Source of the DNA: Nitrospirota bacterium
GTDB taxonomy: Bacteria > Nitrospirota > UBA9217
Length of the DNA stretch: 64,000 nucleotides
Direction: 5' to 3'
Assembly (NCBI GenBank): GCA_963845065.1
Contig: CAWJQQ010000009.1
Span: forward strand, 864,001 to 928,000
Below the pieces are notes generated by a model. The model ran no database searches. It was not told the origin of the DNA and saw only the letters and a list, made by a program, of their open reading frames with translations. A program made the position numbers and the translations under genes. Positions 29,846-39,628 of this stretch are shown one piece after another. The stretch's first letter is position 1; each line of letters starts with the position of its first letter.

Positions 29846-31072
29846 TCAAAACGCCCAATAGGGTCCCGTTCCGAGGCTCGATGCTTTCCCGTCAATTCCC
29901 ACGTAAACGGTTCGTCCAAGGAAAAACGGGAGCCCCCAATCAAAGTAGCCTATGGCCGATCCGCCGAGGTCGGAGAACACGTTGTTGGACGAACTGAGAA
30001 GACTTGAAGCGTCACCTATCTCAAATGAAACTGTATTGCTTGGCGACCCGGTAAAACTCGAGTCCGTTGCGGAGAGGTTCGCTGTGGATGAAGGGCAATA
30101 AAAACCAGAATATTGACCGGTGCAGCCCAAAAGAACATTGTTTGGAGCGGGAAAATACAAAGCATTAGATCCACTGTCTATGAAACTCTGGCTATAGGTG
30201 ATACCGTTGAACACTGTGGTGAATTCTCCTAACGAGCGGTCTACGGAATATGTCGTGACCCCGGAAGGTGAATTGTTCGATTTGGTGCCGATCCCGAGCA
30301 CAAGGCTGCCGTTGACTGAGGTCGTCCCTCCGAGAGAAACAGTCGGAAACTGAAACATCACGCCGTTATTGTCCTGGGGGAGAAGCCCCACCGGGTTCTG
30401 TACTTGGCTGGCAAGGTCGGCAATAGATGAAGTGCAGGTTGAGCCGCTGCAGACATAATACATCCCGATGTTTGCACTCGCAGCGCATGCCGAACCGCAG
30501 TCGTCAGCAAAGACACCGACGCCTAGGATACCATTGAATCCAGTGGTGGACGGGCTTATGTCAGGGTTTGTGCAGGTATTGGGGATGGTCGAAAAGTTGG
30601 AATCGATGACCTGAATCGGGACCTGAACTGCTGGTTCGTTTCCCAGGATGACGTCTGCAGTTTGTACCGGACCCCAATCAGACGAACCATCGGCATATTG
30701 AACGCATTCCGCGAGCGAGCCTGAACCGCTATTTACCTGATTAAGAGAGAGGCCTGTCAGGAGCGAATTAAATATCCGTAGCCCATAGCTGCCGGTATCC
30801 AGCAGAATATCACTGATGGTCTGGCAGGTCGAAGTGCCAGGAGAACAGATTGTGACACTGACGCAGGGCTTGTTAGGATAGGAGCCGGTTGAGCACAGCG
30901 AACCGTTCACGGTAACGGTAAGTACGTTGCTCCCCGAAGATGAGCTGTTTCCGCTGGAACTTGGACTAGAACTTGGACTGGAACTGGAACTTGAATAGTA
31001 ATTTCCGCCACTGCAGCTGGTTACGAGTGCAAGGATCAGAGCAATAAAAAGCAGCTTATTTGATATCATCAA
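29846..31072 (-). CDS. DUF3443 lipoprotein (pepsin-like motifs)
   Basis: Lipobox LVTSC, Ser-rich linker, LLDTGSYGLR, NGILGVG, FIDSGSN, FDWGLPFFLGR. Confidence 0.88.
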   Translation of the reverse strand: MMISNKLLFIALILALVTSCSGGNYYSSSSSSPSSSPSSSGNSSSSGSNVLTVTVNGSLCSTGSYPNKPCVSVTICSPGTSTCQTISDILLDTGSYGLRIFNSLLTGLSLNQVNSGSGSLAECVQYADGSSDWGPVQTADVILGNEPAVQVPIQVIDSNFSTIPNTCTNPDISPSTTGFNGILGVGVFADDCGSACAASANIGMYYVCSGSTCTSSIADLASQVQNPVGLLPQDNNGVMFQFPTVSLGGTTSVNGSLVLGIGTKSNNSPSGVTTYSVDRSLGEFTTVFNGITYSQSFIDSGSNALYFPAPNNVLLGCTGQYSGFYCPSSTANLSATDSSFTGSPSNTVSFEIGDASSLLSSSNNVFSDLGGSAIGYFDWGLPFFLGRTVYVGIDGKASSLGTGPYWAF

Positions 31073-31420
31073 TGCTCACTCCTTGTGAGGTCAAGTCGGG
31101 CGCATAGGCCCAGCCCTGCAGGTTCCGAATATGTCCTCATTTTTCCACAACGACCCGGTTTGTTTTTACCTGGACGCACCTTAGAGTCGGCTGGCGTGGA
31201 ACCTGACCCAGGCTTTCTAATATTCACCGACATAGGGCCCCAAAAGCTGCGTAAGAACTGGATAGACTAGCCCATTCCATGCGATACCGAATATGATGCC
31301 GACAGGACTTTTTTGTCCGATTTAGCCGACTCAAGGGACTCGGCGAGGGCAGTATGTACCCGCTCTGCAGCTGCAGAAAGATAGATGATGATAAACAGGG
31401 TGTAAAGTATTATTTTATGG
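31056..31420 (-). pseudogene. DUF2844 pseudogene
   Basis: Signal-like N-terminus, internal stop and frameshifts, C-terminal GGHIRNLQGWAYAPDLTSQGVSIDDIK overlapping the DUF3443 start; usual partner of DUF3443. Confidence 0.7.
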
Positions 31421-31778
31421 TCTGGAGTGTCCTCTTTCAGAGGGCGGTTCGAGTGCAGTTGACTCATCGAACTATCGTGGATGTCTTCGTGCTTAATGGT
31501 GTGATAGATCAATCCGTCCGCAAATTCGTCTTCTCCTAGGCCTTAGCCCCCGTGTAGTTTATGCATTATAACCAATTTAACAATAATTTTCCATTTGTTA
31601 ATAGACAATAGAAACACAATTTCTTATTTTTTTTATACTCATGCCAGAAAACCCCAGTTTCTAAAAAATGGTGGTGAATGCTGTCCGCAACCATTGGGAT
31701 GAAAACGGGAATTTAAACAAACTATAGAGTTGTCCACCGCTATGCTATGATAGACTGAGTATGGCAAACTCATAGCCG

Positions 31779-31803
31779 GGAACCATTATCGTTCACTCGC
31801 GTA
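31779..31803 (+). promoter_or_regulatory. ECF-sigma-type promoter
   Basis: GGAACC-N15-CGTA; repeated with the same spacing at 32630. Confidence 0.7.
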
Positions 31804-31847
31804 TTTATGTATACAAACCGAACAGAACTACGAGTCTAAGAGGTTTT

Positions 31848-32411
31848 ATGGACGATAATGATATCATAAAAGCCGTTCAAAAGGGAGATACTGAGTCCTT
31901 TTCCCTCCTAGTGGAGAAATATCATAATCACTTGCTGAATTTCATATACCGGATCGTTCGTGATGAAAAAATTGTGGAAGACATAGGCCAAGAGGTTTTC
32001 TTAAACATCTATCGGACACTCAGGTCCTTTGACATCAATCGTGGTACACCGTTCTCGGCCTGGCTCTTCATGAGCGCCAGAAATCGCTGCATCAGTGAGC
32101 TGAGGAAAAACCGTAACAGGAGACATATTCCGATAGAAGATACAGATGGTCTCATCTGTCGAGGTGTATCTCCAGAAGATTCAGCAATAGATAGTGAGCG
32201 TCTCCAGGCAATACATGACTCTCTTGAACTGCTGCCGGAGCCATTCAAAAGCACAGTCCTTCAAAGCCTGCATGGAGATTCTCTAGAGGAGATGGCCCGG
32301 AAGGCGGCGGTGTCCATAGGCACAGTGAAGTCGAGGCTGTTTCGGGCTCGGGATAAAATAAAAATATTTTTAAAAGAGCATTTCGGAGGAAGTGGCTATG
32401 AAGATTTTTAA
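31848..32411 (+). CDS. ECF sigma factor
   Basis: EDIGQEVFL, FSAWL, region 4 IGTVKSRLFRAR. Confidence 0.95.
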   Translation: MDDNDIIKAVQKGDTESFSLLVEKYHNHLLNFIYRIVRDEKIVEDIGQEVFLNIYRTLRSFDINRGTPFSAWLFMSARNRCISELRKNRNRRHIPIEDTDGLICRGVSPEDSAIDSERLQAIHDSLELLPEPFKSTVLQSLHGDSLEEMARKAAVSIGTVKSRLFRARDKIKIFLKEHFGGSGYEDF

Positions 32412-32613
32412 ACCATCCCATAATTTTGTATACCGGGTTATGGAGAATGTCCGTGCTTATGAAGCGGCGAGGACGCCATATACGTTACGCTCGAGGCTGT
32501 TCCTCTCTACCAGAGTAGCCCGCTATGCTTTGACTTCGGCTGGCGCGCTCCTCGGAATGATCAACCTCCTCAGGATCTATCTGGCTATTTTTTCTCCGGT
32601 CCTGTGCAGATGA
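32398..32613 (+). CDS. Small membrane protein, candidate anti-sigma factor
   Basis: Overlaps the sigma stop; SD GGAGGA; PS.NFV.RVM pattern and one C-terminal hydrophobic helix. Confidence 0.65.
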   Translation: MKIFKPSHNFVYRVMENVRAYEAARTPYTLRSRLFLSTRVARYALTSAGALLGMINLLRIYLAIFSPVLCR

Positions 32614-32629
32614 CGCTTAAGAAGTAGAA

Positions 32630-32654
32630 GGAACCTTCTTCTTGTCAGTACGTA
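32630..32654 (+). promoter_or_regulatory. Second ECF-sigma-type promoter
   Basis: GGAACC-N15-CGTA just upstream of the signal peptidase SD. Confidence 0.7.
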
Positions 32655-32681
32655 CCTATAAACAAGACCGAGGAGGTGACT

Positions 32682-33467
32682 ATGAACGAGGAAAGGAACA
32701 CTATGGAGAGAAAGAGATGGCTTAGTACTATCATGGGGATGACCATGCCGGGTATGGGCCAGATATATAATGGAGAACTCATCAAGGGGTTAAGTTTTAT
32801 GGCAATTTTTCTGGCATTATTTGCGTTGGGTTTTCACTGGGTGGTCCTTCTGCCGGACAGATTGCTGATCGTCGGCTCGTTGGCTACTCTCATTATGGTA
32901 GCAGCTGTATTTGTCATGAGCATTATCGACGCTCATCGAAGGGCGAAATACCTTGGATCCAGTTACCAGTTAAAATCCTATAATCGCTGGTATTTCTATC
33001 TGGCCGTATGGCTGCTCGGATCTGTTCTGGTTTCGGGTTCAGTCTATGATTATGTTAAGAGTAATATTATCGAAGCGTATAAAATCGTGGGAACGAGCAT
33101 GAATCCAGTCGTCCTCAAGGGTGATCGGGTCTTCGCAGATAAGACTGCTTACCGGCATATGCCGCCGCATAAGGGAGACATTATTGTTTTTGTGTACCCT
33201 GATGACCGAAGCAAAATTTTCATTAGGCGAATCGAAGGGTTGCCCGGCGAGGTGATCGCACTGACGAACGGCAGGAAAGAGCAAGTGCCGCATGGGATGA
33301 TCTATGTGCTTGGAGACAATAAAGAGCATAGTGTTGACAGTAACGAGTTCGGTTTTGTCCCGCTCAGAGACGTCATCGGCAAAGTCCGCCAGATATATTA
33401 CTCATCAGGAGATGACGGTGTCCGGTTGAAAAGGATTGGAATGACGATCAATGGCTCTATGGACTGA
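32682..33467 (+). CDS. Signal peptidase I (S26) homolog with a multi-TM N-terminus and an atypical active site
   Basis: PGMGQIYNG TM region; SMNP, GDIIVF, FIRRIEGLPGE, LGDN..SVDS. Confidence 0.88.
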   Translation: MNEERNTMERKRWLSTIMGMTMPGMGQIYNGELIKGLSFMAIFLALFALGFHWVVLLPDRLLIVGSLATLIMVAAVFVMSIIDAHRRAKYLGSSYQLKSYNRWYFYLAVWLLGSVLVSGSVYDYVKSNIIEAYKIVGTSMNPVVLKGDRVFADKTAYRHMPPHKGDIIVFVYPDDRSKIFIRRIEGLPGEVIALTNGRKEQVPHGMIYVLGDNKEHSVDSNEFGFVPLRDVIGKVRQIYYSSGDDGVRLKRIGMTINGSMD

Positions 33468-34238
33468 TTCTGTCGTAGGTCGGAATGGTACTTGGATCTC
33501 CTGCAAGCACTGCGCGCGCGACTGATCAGTATCTTCACCAGGTGGTGGGCAATTTGCTTCCTCTGATTTATTTTTCAGCAACACATCCTGTTTGACATTC
33601 AGCGTTGGTTTCGGCGAGGGAACTTACGTTGGGTGATCCGGCAGAGTTCCTAACGTGGTGAGAATAAGGATTGATCGCATATGCACTAGTGTTGTATTTG
33701 TTCATACGCATGATCTTCTGTCAAGATGGTTCAAATTATTGAACCTGAAACCGGCGCAAAGTGATAGAAACGAATATCATCCACATTGATAAATATTGGC
33801 TAAATACATGAATTTGATCATGTCCCAAAACCTACCTTTTAGTTAGGTTTTTAGACAATTGCCTTTATGCACGATCAGCCGCGTATTTGCAGCCGTTGCA
33901 ATGATGCCGAATCCTTTTTCGCGCCGGATTAAGATTGAATATTAGTTTATCATGACTAGATCAGAAATAATCAGTTTATTAAGTGCACTCGCAGAATAAA
34001 TATGCCAGTTACTGAAGAATGAAATAAAAAGATAGGATCGTCAATTGCACAGGCAGGAGATTCCCTGAATGTGCATCACGCACAGTGAGACAGAAAAGGA
34101 TCATCCAATGTTATAAGGCCGACATCCTAACGTTTATGGTGGGTTTTATATCAATTGCAGATTTTTTTTGTAGAATAATTCTTTCAAAGTATATTGTTTG
34201 ACATCATTGATCGCTGGTATTTTATTTCTTTGGCAATA

Positions 34239-35438
34239 ATGGATAACTCGCAGAAATTAACCACCTTTCAATTATTCAAAATATTCTTGAGGCTCGGTCT
34301 GACTTCGTTTGGCGGACCGGTAGCCCATATCGGATACTTTCGTGCCGAGTTTGTCGATCGACGCAGAGCCTTGAGCGACGATGCCTACGCCGATCTAGTC
34401 GCCCTGTGCCAGTTTCTTCCTGGCCCGGCCAGCAGCCAAGTAGGTATAGCAATTGGGATTTCCCAGGCTGGTATACGCGGCGCCTTGGCGGCATGGGTCG
34501 GTTTCACACTTCCGTCGGCATTAGCGCTGATTATGTTCGGTTATGGTGTTAATACTTTGCATGGTGCTGTGGCCCACACTGGTTGGCTCCATGGATTGAA
34601 GGTAGTCGCGGTAGCAGTGGTTGCCCTCGCAATTTGGGGAATGGCAAAAGCATTGGCGCCTGATCGGTCCCGTGGCTCAATAGCCATACTCGCGGCTGTG
34701 CTTGTGCTAGTCTGGCCGACTGCCTGGGGACAGATTCTAGCTATTCTGATCGGTGGACTGATCGGGTTACTCGCTTTAAAAACAGACTCCGTATCCGGCC
34801 ATTCAGCATTGGACATTCCGGTAGGTAGATCTACAGCAATCTTCTGTATTGGCCTATTTGCAATATTACTCTTAGGTATTCCAATCTTTGCGGGTTTAGT
34901 TCACAATCATATGATAACGTTAATTGACAGTTTTTACAGAACAGGCTCTCTGGTTTTTGGCGGTGGTCATGTTGTTCTCCCCCTGTTGAAGACTGCAGTC
35001 GTTTCTCCGGGGTGGATAAGTAAAGATTTGTTTCTGGCTGGTTATGGAGCTGCTCAAGCAGTGCCAGGGCCCCTGTTCACTTTTTCCGCCTATCTTGGAA
35101 CGGTCATGCAGCCAGCGCCCAGTGGTTGGATCGGTGGAGCTATCTGTCTGGCCGCCATTTACCTGCCGTCGTTCCTGCTCCTAATAGGAGTTCTCCCTTT
35201 TTGGGAAAGGCTGCGAAATGAAATGACTGTTCGGCACGCTCTAATGGGTGTCAATGCAGCTGTCGTAGGGTTGCTTTTAGCAGCGTTTTATGACCCTGTT
35301 TGGACAAACGGCATCTTATCTGTAAATGATTTTATATTGGGGCTGATTGCCTTTTCTCTTCTTTTGCTCTGGAAAACCCCTCCCTGGGTGGTGGTGGTAA
35401 TAACCGCAATTGGCGGTCTGCTTGCTTCGAAGATGTAG
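34239..35438 (+). CDS. chrA: Chromate transporter (long-chain CHR)
   Basis: SFGGPVAHIG, CQFLPGPASSQ, FGGGHVVLP, AQAVPGP. Confidence 0.95.
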   Translation: MDNSQKLTTFQLFKIFLRLGLTSFGGPVAHIGYFRAEFVDRRRALSDDAYADLVALCQFLPGPASSQVGIAIGISQAGIRGALAAWVGFTLPSALALIMFGYGVNTLHGAVAHTGWLHGLKVVAVAVVALAIWGMAKALAPDRSRGSIAILAAVLVLVWPTAWGQILAILIGGLIGLLALKTDSVSGHSALDIPVGRSTAIFCIGLFAILLLGIPIFAGLVHNHMITLIDSFYRTGSLVFGGGHVVLPLLKTAVVSPGWISKDLFLAGYGAAQAVPGPLFTFSAYLGTVMQPAPSGWIGGAICLAAIYLPSFLLLIGVLPFWERLRNEMTVRHALMGVNAAVVGLLLAAFYDPVWTNGILSVNDFILGLIAFSLLLLWKTPPWVVVVITAIGGLLASKM

Positions 35439-35691
35439 CATAAGTCATATCTTTTTGACGTCTCTCATCGATAGAGAATGTGATTTTGGAATGTAAATGG
35501 CGTAGCTGTCTGCATCGACAGCCCATATCTGTGAAACGACGTTGACATAGAATTACATCAGGTATATATTCCACCAAAATGATGCAGTGTATATTTTCAT
35601 AGTTAATCTTAGACTTCGCCCCAGGGATACAACTCCAGCTGGCAGTTTGGTCTTCACCAAGAAATCTCAGCTCAGCCGACAAAACTTTTCT

Positions 35692-36237
35692 ATGCAGAGA
35701 ATGAAATATTCATACAGCTTCATTAGCGCAGTTATCTTAGCGCTCCTTCTTGCTCTGTCAGGATGCATATTCACAAAACTGTTGACCACCAGGTTAGAGA
35801 AGCCAACCTTTACTTATAAGGGATTTGATCTGGGCGAGGTCTCGCAAAGTAGGGTAAACGTGGTCTTTATATTCTCTGCGCATAACCCTAATGGAACAGG
35901 ATTAAAGAATGTAACGTGCTCTTATGAGCTTTTTGTAGAAGGGAAAAAACTTCTGACAGGAAATGACACTCCTTTAAATCTTAACCCGAAAGGTGACACG
36001 GAAATTAAGGTGCCTGCAACAATCGCTTATGCGGACCTCGTGCCCGTTCTTGTGCAAGTCATGCGACGGATTTTATCATACCAGCAAACAATACCCATAA
36101 CAATCGAGGCAGTATTTTCCGGTAAACCTGCGATCTATAGCGAAGGAGGAAAAGAAAAAAAGATTTTCTTTGAAACAAGATTTACCAGAAATGCCGATAT
36201 CCCTTTGCCCGGCAGAGAGAAGTATAAGGGGCCATGA
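35692..36237 (+). CDS. LEA type 2/WHy-domain lipoprotein
   Basis: Lipobox LSGC, HNPN motif. Confidence 0.75.
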   Translation: MQRMKYSYSFISAVILALLLALSGCIFTKLLTTRLEKPTFTYKGFDLGEVSQSRVNVVFIFSAHNPNGTGLKNVTCSYELFVEGKKLLTGNDTPLNLNPKGDTEIKVPATIAYADLVPVLVQVMRRILSYQQTIPITIEAVFSGKPAIYSEGGKEKKIFFETRFTRNADIPLPGREKYKGP

Positions 36238-36319
36238 GAGGATTTGATTAGATATTTAAAACAGACAACGTTCCTTTAGATGTGATCGTTGCCACCTCTT
36301 GAAGCTTATAAAGATTTAT

Positions 36320-36459
36320 AAAAGCGTCCTGAAATACCCAGTAGCTCTGCTGCTGTGATGAAAAGGACATCCTGACGGAGTCAGGATTAGCTTTTTGTTT
36401 CGACGTGTCTTTAGGTTTCAAGGCCAGATGCCCCGCAGCTCTGCTGCGGGGTACTTTCA
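36320..36459 (+). mobile_element. 140-bp palindromic MITE family A
   Basis: Near-identical to 17560-17699; TTTAT|...TTCA. Confidence 0.92.
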
Positions 36460-36702
36460 CTCCGAAATTATTGATGCCTATTCGATAAATGCTCGTTTGA
36501 AGATGTTGAGAGTATACACGTGTCAGTCTGTAAGATCTTAAGAACGAGAAGTAATAACTATTCGCCTTGTCAGGGCATCCCCTGGCCGCCTGTGGTTTTT
36601 AGTGCCCGCATTTAGACTAGTGAAGCGAGGTTACTATTCCCTTAAGGAGATTTCTGGTTCGCCAACAACACGACGTGAAAAGAGCAATGGAGAGTTACAA
36701 CG

Positions 36703-37041
36703 CTATATTGCCGCTATGCCGCGTTCGTTGGTCCTTATCCGTATAGCATTGGCCATTTCATGGACAAATATCTTACCGTCTCCCACCTCGCCGGTCAATG
36801 CGGCATCGCGTATGGTCTTGATGATGTAATCGGTATCTTCATCTCGTACGACCACTTCTACCCTGGTTTTACCCAGCAAGCTCACTTTATGAGCTATGCC
36901 GCGAACTTGATTTACCCATCCTTTTTGGTTTCCCTGTCCCTGAACTTGAGAGAGCGTCACGCCAGGATGTCCTACTTTGTCCAAAGCGGCGCATACTGCT
37001 GATGCCTTCTTCGGACGTATAATCGCTTCAATTCTCTTCAT
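36703..37041 (-). CDS. PII-family signal transduction protein
   Basis: IEAIIRP, QKG, TGEVGDGKIFV, IRIRT; 112 aa. Confidence 0.95.
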   Translation of the reverse strand: MKRIEAIIRPKKASAVCAALDKVGHPGVTLSQVQGQGNQKGWVNQVRGIAHKVSLLGKTRVEVVVRDEDTDYIIKTIRDAALTGEVGDGKIFVHEMANAIRIRTNERGIAAI

Positions 37042-37157
37042 AATTGATGCCCCTTTCTATAACTGAGTATACATATATGGTGATTAACGCAGGATCGAAT
37101 AACGTTAGCTTTTGTGCTTTCTAGCTGCTATAAATAATTAAATCCGACTGAGTATTT

Positions 37158-37173
37158 AGCAAATGACATGCCA
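37158..37173 (-). promoter_or_regulatory. Sigma54 -24/-12 promoter of the PII gene
   Basis: Minus strand TGGCATGTCATTTGCT with exact GG-N10-GC spacing. Confidence 0.7.
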
Positions 37174-37467
37174 TTGACAGACACAGTGGTTTTTTTTACT
37201 AACAAGTTATAAACATTACTTTGTTAGTAACAGTGGTTATATAGTATCGTACATAAAAAAAATTATTATCGATTTGATTTTGATCACATGGCTAAAATGT
37301 GGGCGATATTATCGATATTATCCTTGAGGTGCGTATTGTAGGTTGCGTGTCGCGGTTCTTGAAAAGGAGACCGTAATATTTTGGTAGATTTTAAGGGGAA
37401 GGTGTAGTATGTCCTTTTAATCCACGCTGCGCTTCAGTCGATCTCACCAGGAAAAGGAGTTTAGATT

Positions 37468-37881
37468 ATGAGATGGAAAAATGTGATTCGCGCGGGCATG
37501 CTCATTATGGCCATAATCGGCGTGTCCTTTTCAGCAGCCGTTTGGGCATCGGATGATGCACCTCGAATCACTAAGGAAGAGCTGAAGGCGCTCCTGGACA
37601 ATCCAGGCGTCATCATTCTGGATGCAAGAGTCGGGATGAGCTGGAGCAAAAGTGACAAGAAAATTAAGGGCGCAGTCCGCGTTGATCCCGGGGATGTCGG
37701 TTCCTGGGCCGGTAGCATCCCCAAAAGCAAAAAAATCGTTGTCTATTGCTCCTGACCAAGAGAAGGAACGAGTGCCAGTGTGGTGCTCAAGCTCAAGGCT
37801 CTAGGGTTCTCAAATGCATTTGCGCTAAAGGGTGGATGGTCTGAATGGTTGGCTGCAGGGTATCCTGTCCAAAGCAAGTAA
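37468..37881 (+). CDS. Exported rhodanese-domain selenoprotein (Sec at TGA 37753-55)
   Basis: Readthrough gives VYCS-U-PREGTSA...ALKGGWSEWLAAGYPVQSK and completes the fold; hairpin gagtgcca-gtg-tggtgctc 14 nt after UGA; signal peptide. Confidence 0.88.
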
Positions 37882-38122
37882 CAATCACAAGTGCAAATAC
37901 AGGGTCGTAGAAGGCCGATGGATATGTTATTTTTAAATGAAGTGAGAAATTTTGGCTACAATGATTGGTAGTGAATAATTGCTCTGCTTTAGAGTTATAG
38001 GATTATCTTGATGGGTACAGTTTTAACTGCCTTATTACATTTTCTGGGATATTTGAAACATCACTTTAGCTGCAAACAGACAATGTAATGCCGACGATTT
38101 ACGGTCCTGTTCATCAATTTAT

Positions 38123-38262
38123 AAAAGCGTCCTGAAATACCCAGCAGCTCTGCTGCTGTGATGAAAAGGACATCCTGACGGAGTCAGGATTAGCCTGTTG
38201 TTTCGACGTTTCTTTAGGTTTCAAGGCCAGATGCCCCGCAGCTCTGCTGCGGGGTACTTTCA
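38123..38262 (+). mobile_element. 140-bp palindromic MITE family A
   Basis: Near-identical to the other two full copies. Confidence 0.92.
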
Positions 38263-38317
38263 ATGTTTTCCGATGCTATAAGCGTCATTCTCCATTATAA
38301 AACATGCTCCTCATGCA

Positions 38318-39628
38318 TCAGGTGGCAGATGAAGGTGCGTATACTGTGGCATCTGCAGATGGCCAATCTATACCGATCACCGAGAACTGTCGTTCATAAA
38401 ACTCCTTGGTTACAGCCTGGCGTTCTTTCACTGTTTTTACAATGTCGGGATAATTATCCAGCACAAGTTGGACGATTCTCTTGTCGACGAAATTCATTCC
38501 AGCCATGTTTTTCATTATTTTTTTGATGTCTTCATACCCCATGCCTTTACGGTAGGGCCGATCCTCGGCAATTGCGGTAAATATATCTGCTACTGCCATG
38601 ATCCGTGCGCCCGTACCGATTCGGCCGGCTTCGTGGTGGAATGGGTAGCCTGAGCCATCGAGTCTCTCATGATGAAATGCCGCCCACTCAGCAATATGCT
38701 GAAGGCCACCGATCGTATTCAGTATAGAATAGGTAAAATACGTGTGTTGTCGCATGATAGCAAACTCTTCTTTGGTCAATTTATCTGGCTTGTTCAAAAT
38801 AGAGTTTGGCACCGCGAGCTTGCCGATATCGTGAAAATTTCCGGCCACCCGCATAAGATTTGCCTCAGTATCGCTGAAACCGAATAGATGCGAGAGTATA
38901 CCGACACATTCCGAGACTCCCGATGAATGGGTAGAAGTGAATCGAGATCGGAAATCAATGATATTTCGAAAGAGTTCTCCAACGGCTGTTATCGACGAAA
39001 GGTCTATGTCTACACGCCGGTACGGACCATTGTGAAGGAGGAGCGAATAAAGCCGCGGCGAAACGAGATCGAGCCAGAATTCCTCCCGGTGCGATATCCT
39101 TCGAAACAAATCGACAACATCAGGATGAATGGAAGTGTTTGAGAGTCCGGTTATCTTTTCGGTGAGGTGCTCATCTTGATGAAGGATGTAGACGTTTCGT
39201 CGAATATTACGTTCGAGATAGTCGGCTAGAAAAAGGATCTGTGATTCCAGGACTACAGGATTGGTGATCGGTTCTTTCCATTGATTCCAATCCTGATGAT
39301 GAAACCTGACGATCTGTGCGGATGATTTGAGCCAAGGAACAGTTTCCAACAAGATGCTTCCGCGAACGCAATGGGTCAACGTATCTTTTGTATCGAACTC
39401 GTGAAGACTTATCTTCTCTTCGGGAGCCAATGCGCCGATATCATGTAGCAACCCTGCGACGAAAAGCCGTTCGATTGCGTTATCGGTCAGACCGGCGGCT
39501 TTACCCATCTCCCATGACATGAAGGCGGTTCGCTGTTGATGCAGGGCAATCGATGCATCTACCAGGTCAAGGGAGTCTGATAGAGAAAGGAGCAGATTGC
39601 CTAAATTTACTGATAGTTGCTGGTACAT
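38318..39628 (-). CDS. Tandem HD / HD-GYP phosphodiesterase
   Basis: LHDIG and FHDIGK; HHERLDGSGYP; AVADIFTA.EDRPYR. Confidence 0.93.
   Translation of the reverse strand: MYQQLSVNLGNLLLSLSDSLDLVDASIALHQQRTAFMSWEMGKAAGLTDNAIERLFVAGLLHDIGALAPEEKISLHEFDTKDTLTHCVRGSILLETVPWLKSSAQIVRFHHQDWNQWKEPITNPVVLESQILFLADYLERNIRRNVYILHQDEHLTEKITGLSNTSIHPDVVDLFRRISHREEFWLDLVSPRLYSLLLHNGPYRRVDIDLSSITAVGELFRNIIDFRSRFTSTHSSGVSECVGILSHLFGFSDTEANLMRVAGNFHDIGKLAVPNSILNKPDKLTKEEFAIMRQHTYFTYSILNTIGGLQHIAEWAAFHHERLDGSGYPFHHEAGRIGTGARIMAVADIFTAIAEDRPYRKGMGYEDIKKIMKNMAGMNFVDKRIVQLVLDNYPDIVKTVKERQAVTKEFYERQFSVIGIDWPSADATVYAPSSAT

Noticed and set aside
30955..30992. Short tandem ctggaa/cttgga repeats
   Set aside because: Encode the Ser-rich linker of the DUF3443 lipoprotein
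36248..36460. ORF MKVPRSRAAGHLALKPK... (also within 17518-17802)
   Set aside because: Antisense reading of the MITE, not an independent gene
17560..38262. gcagctctgctgc repeats as a CRISPR array
   Set aside because: Copies are dispersed over kilobases with conserved internal sequence, no unique spacers and no cas genes
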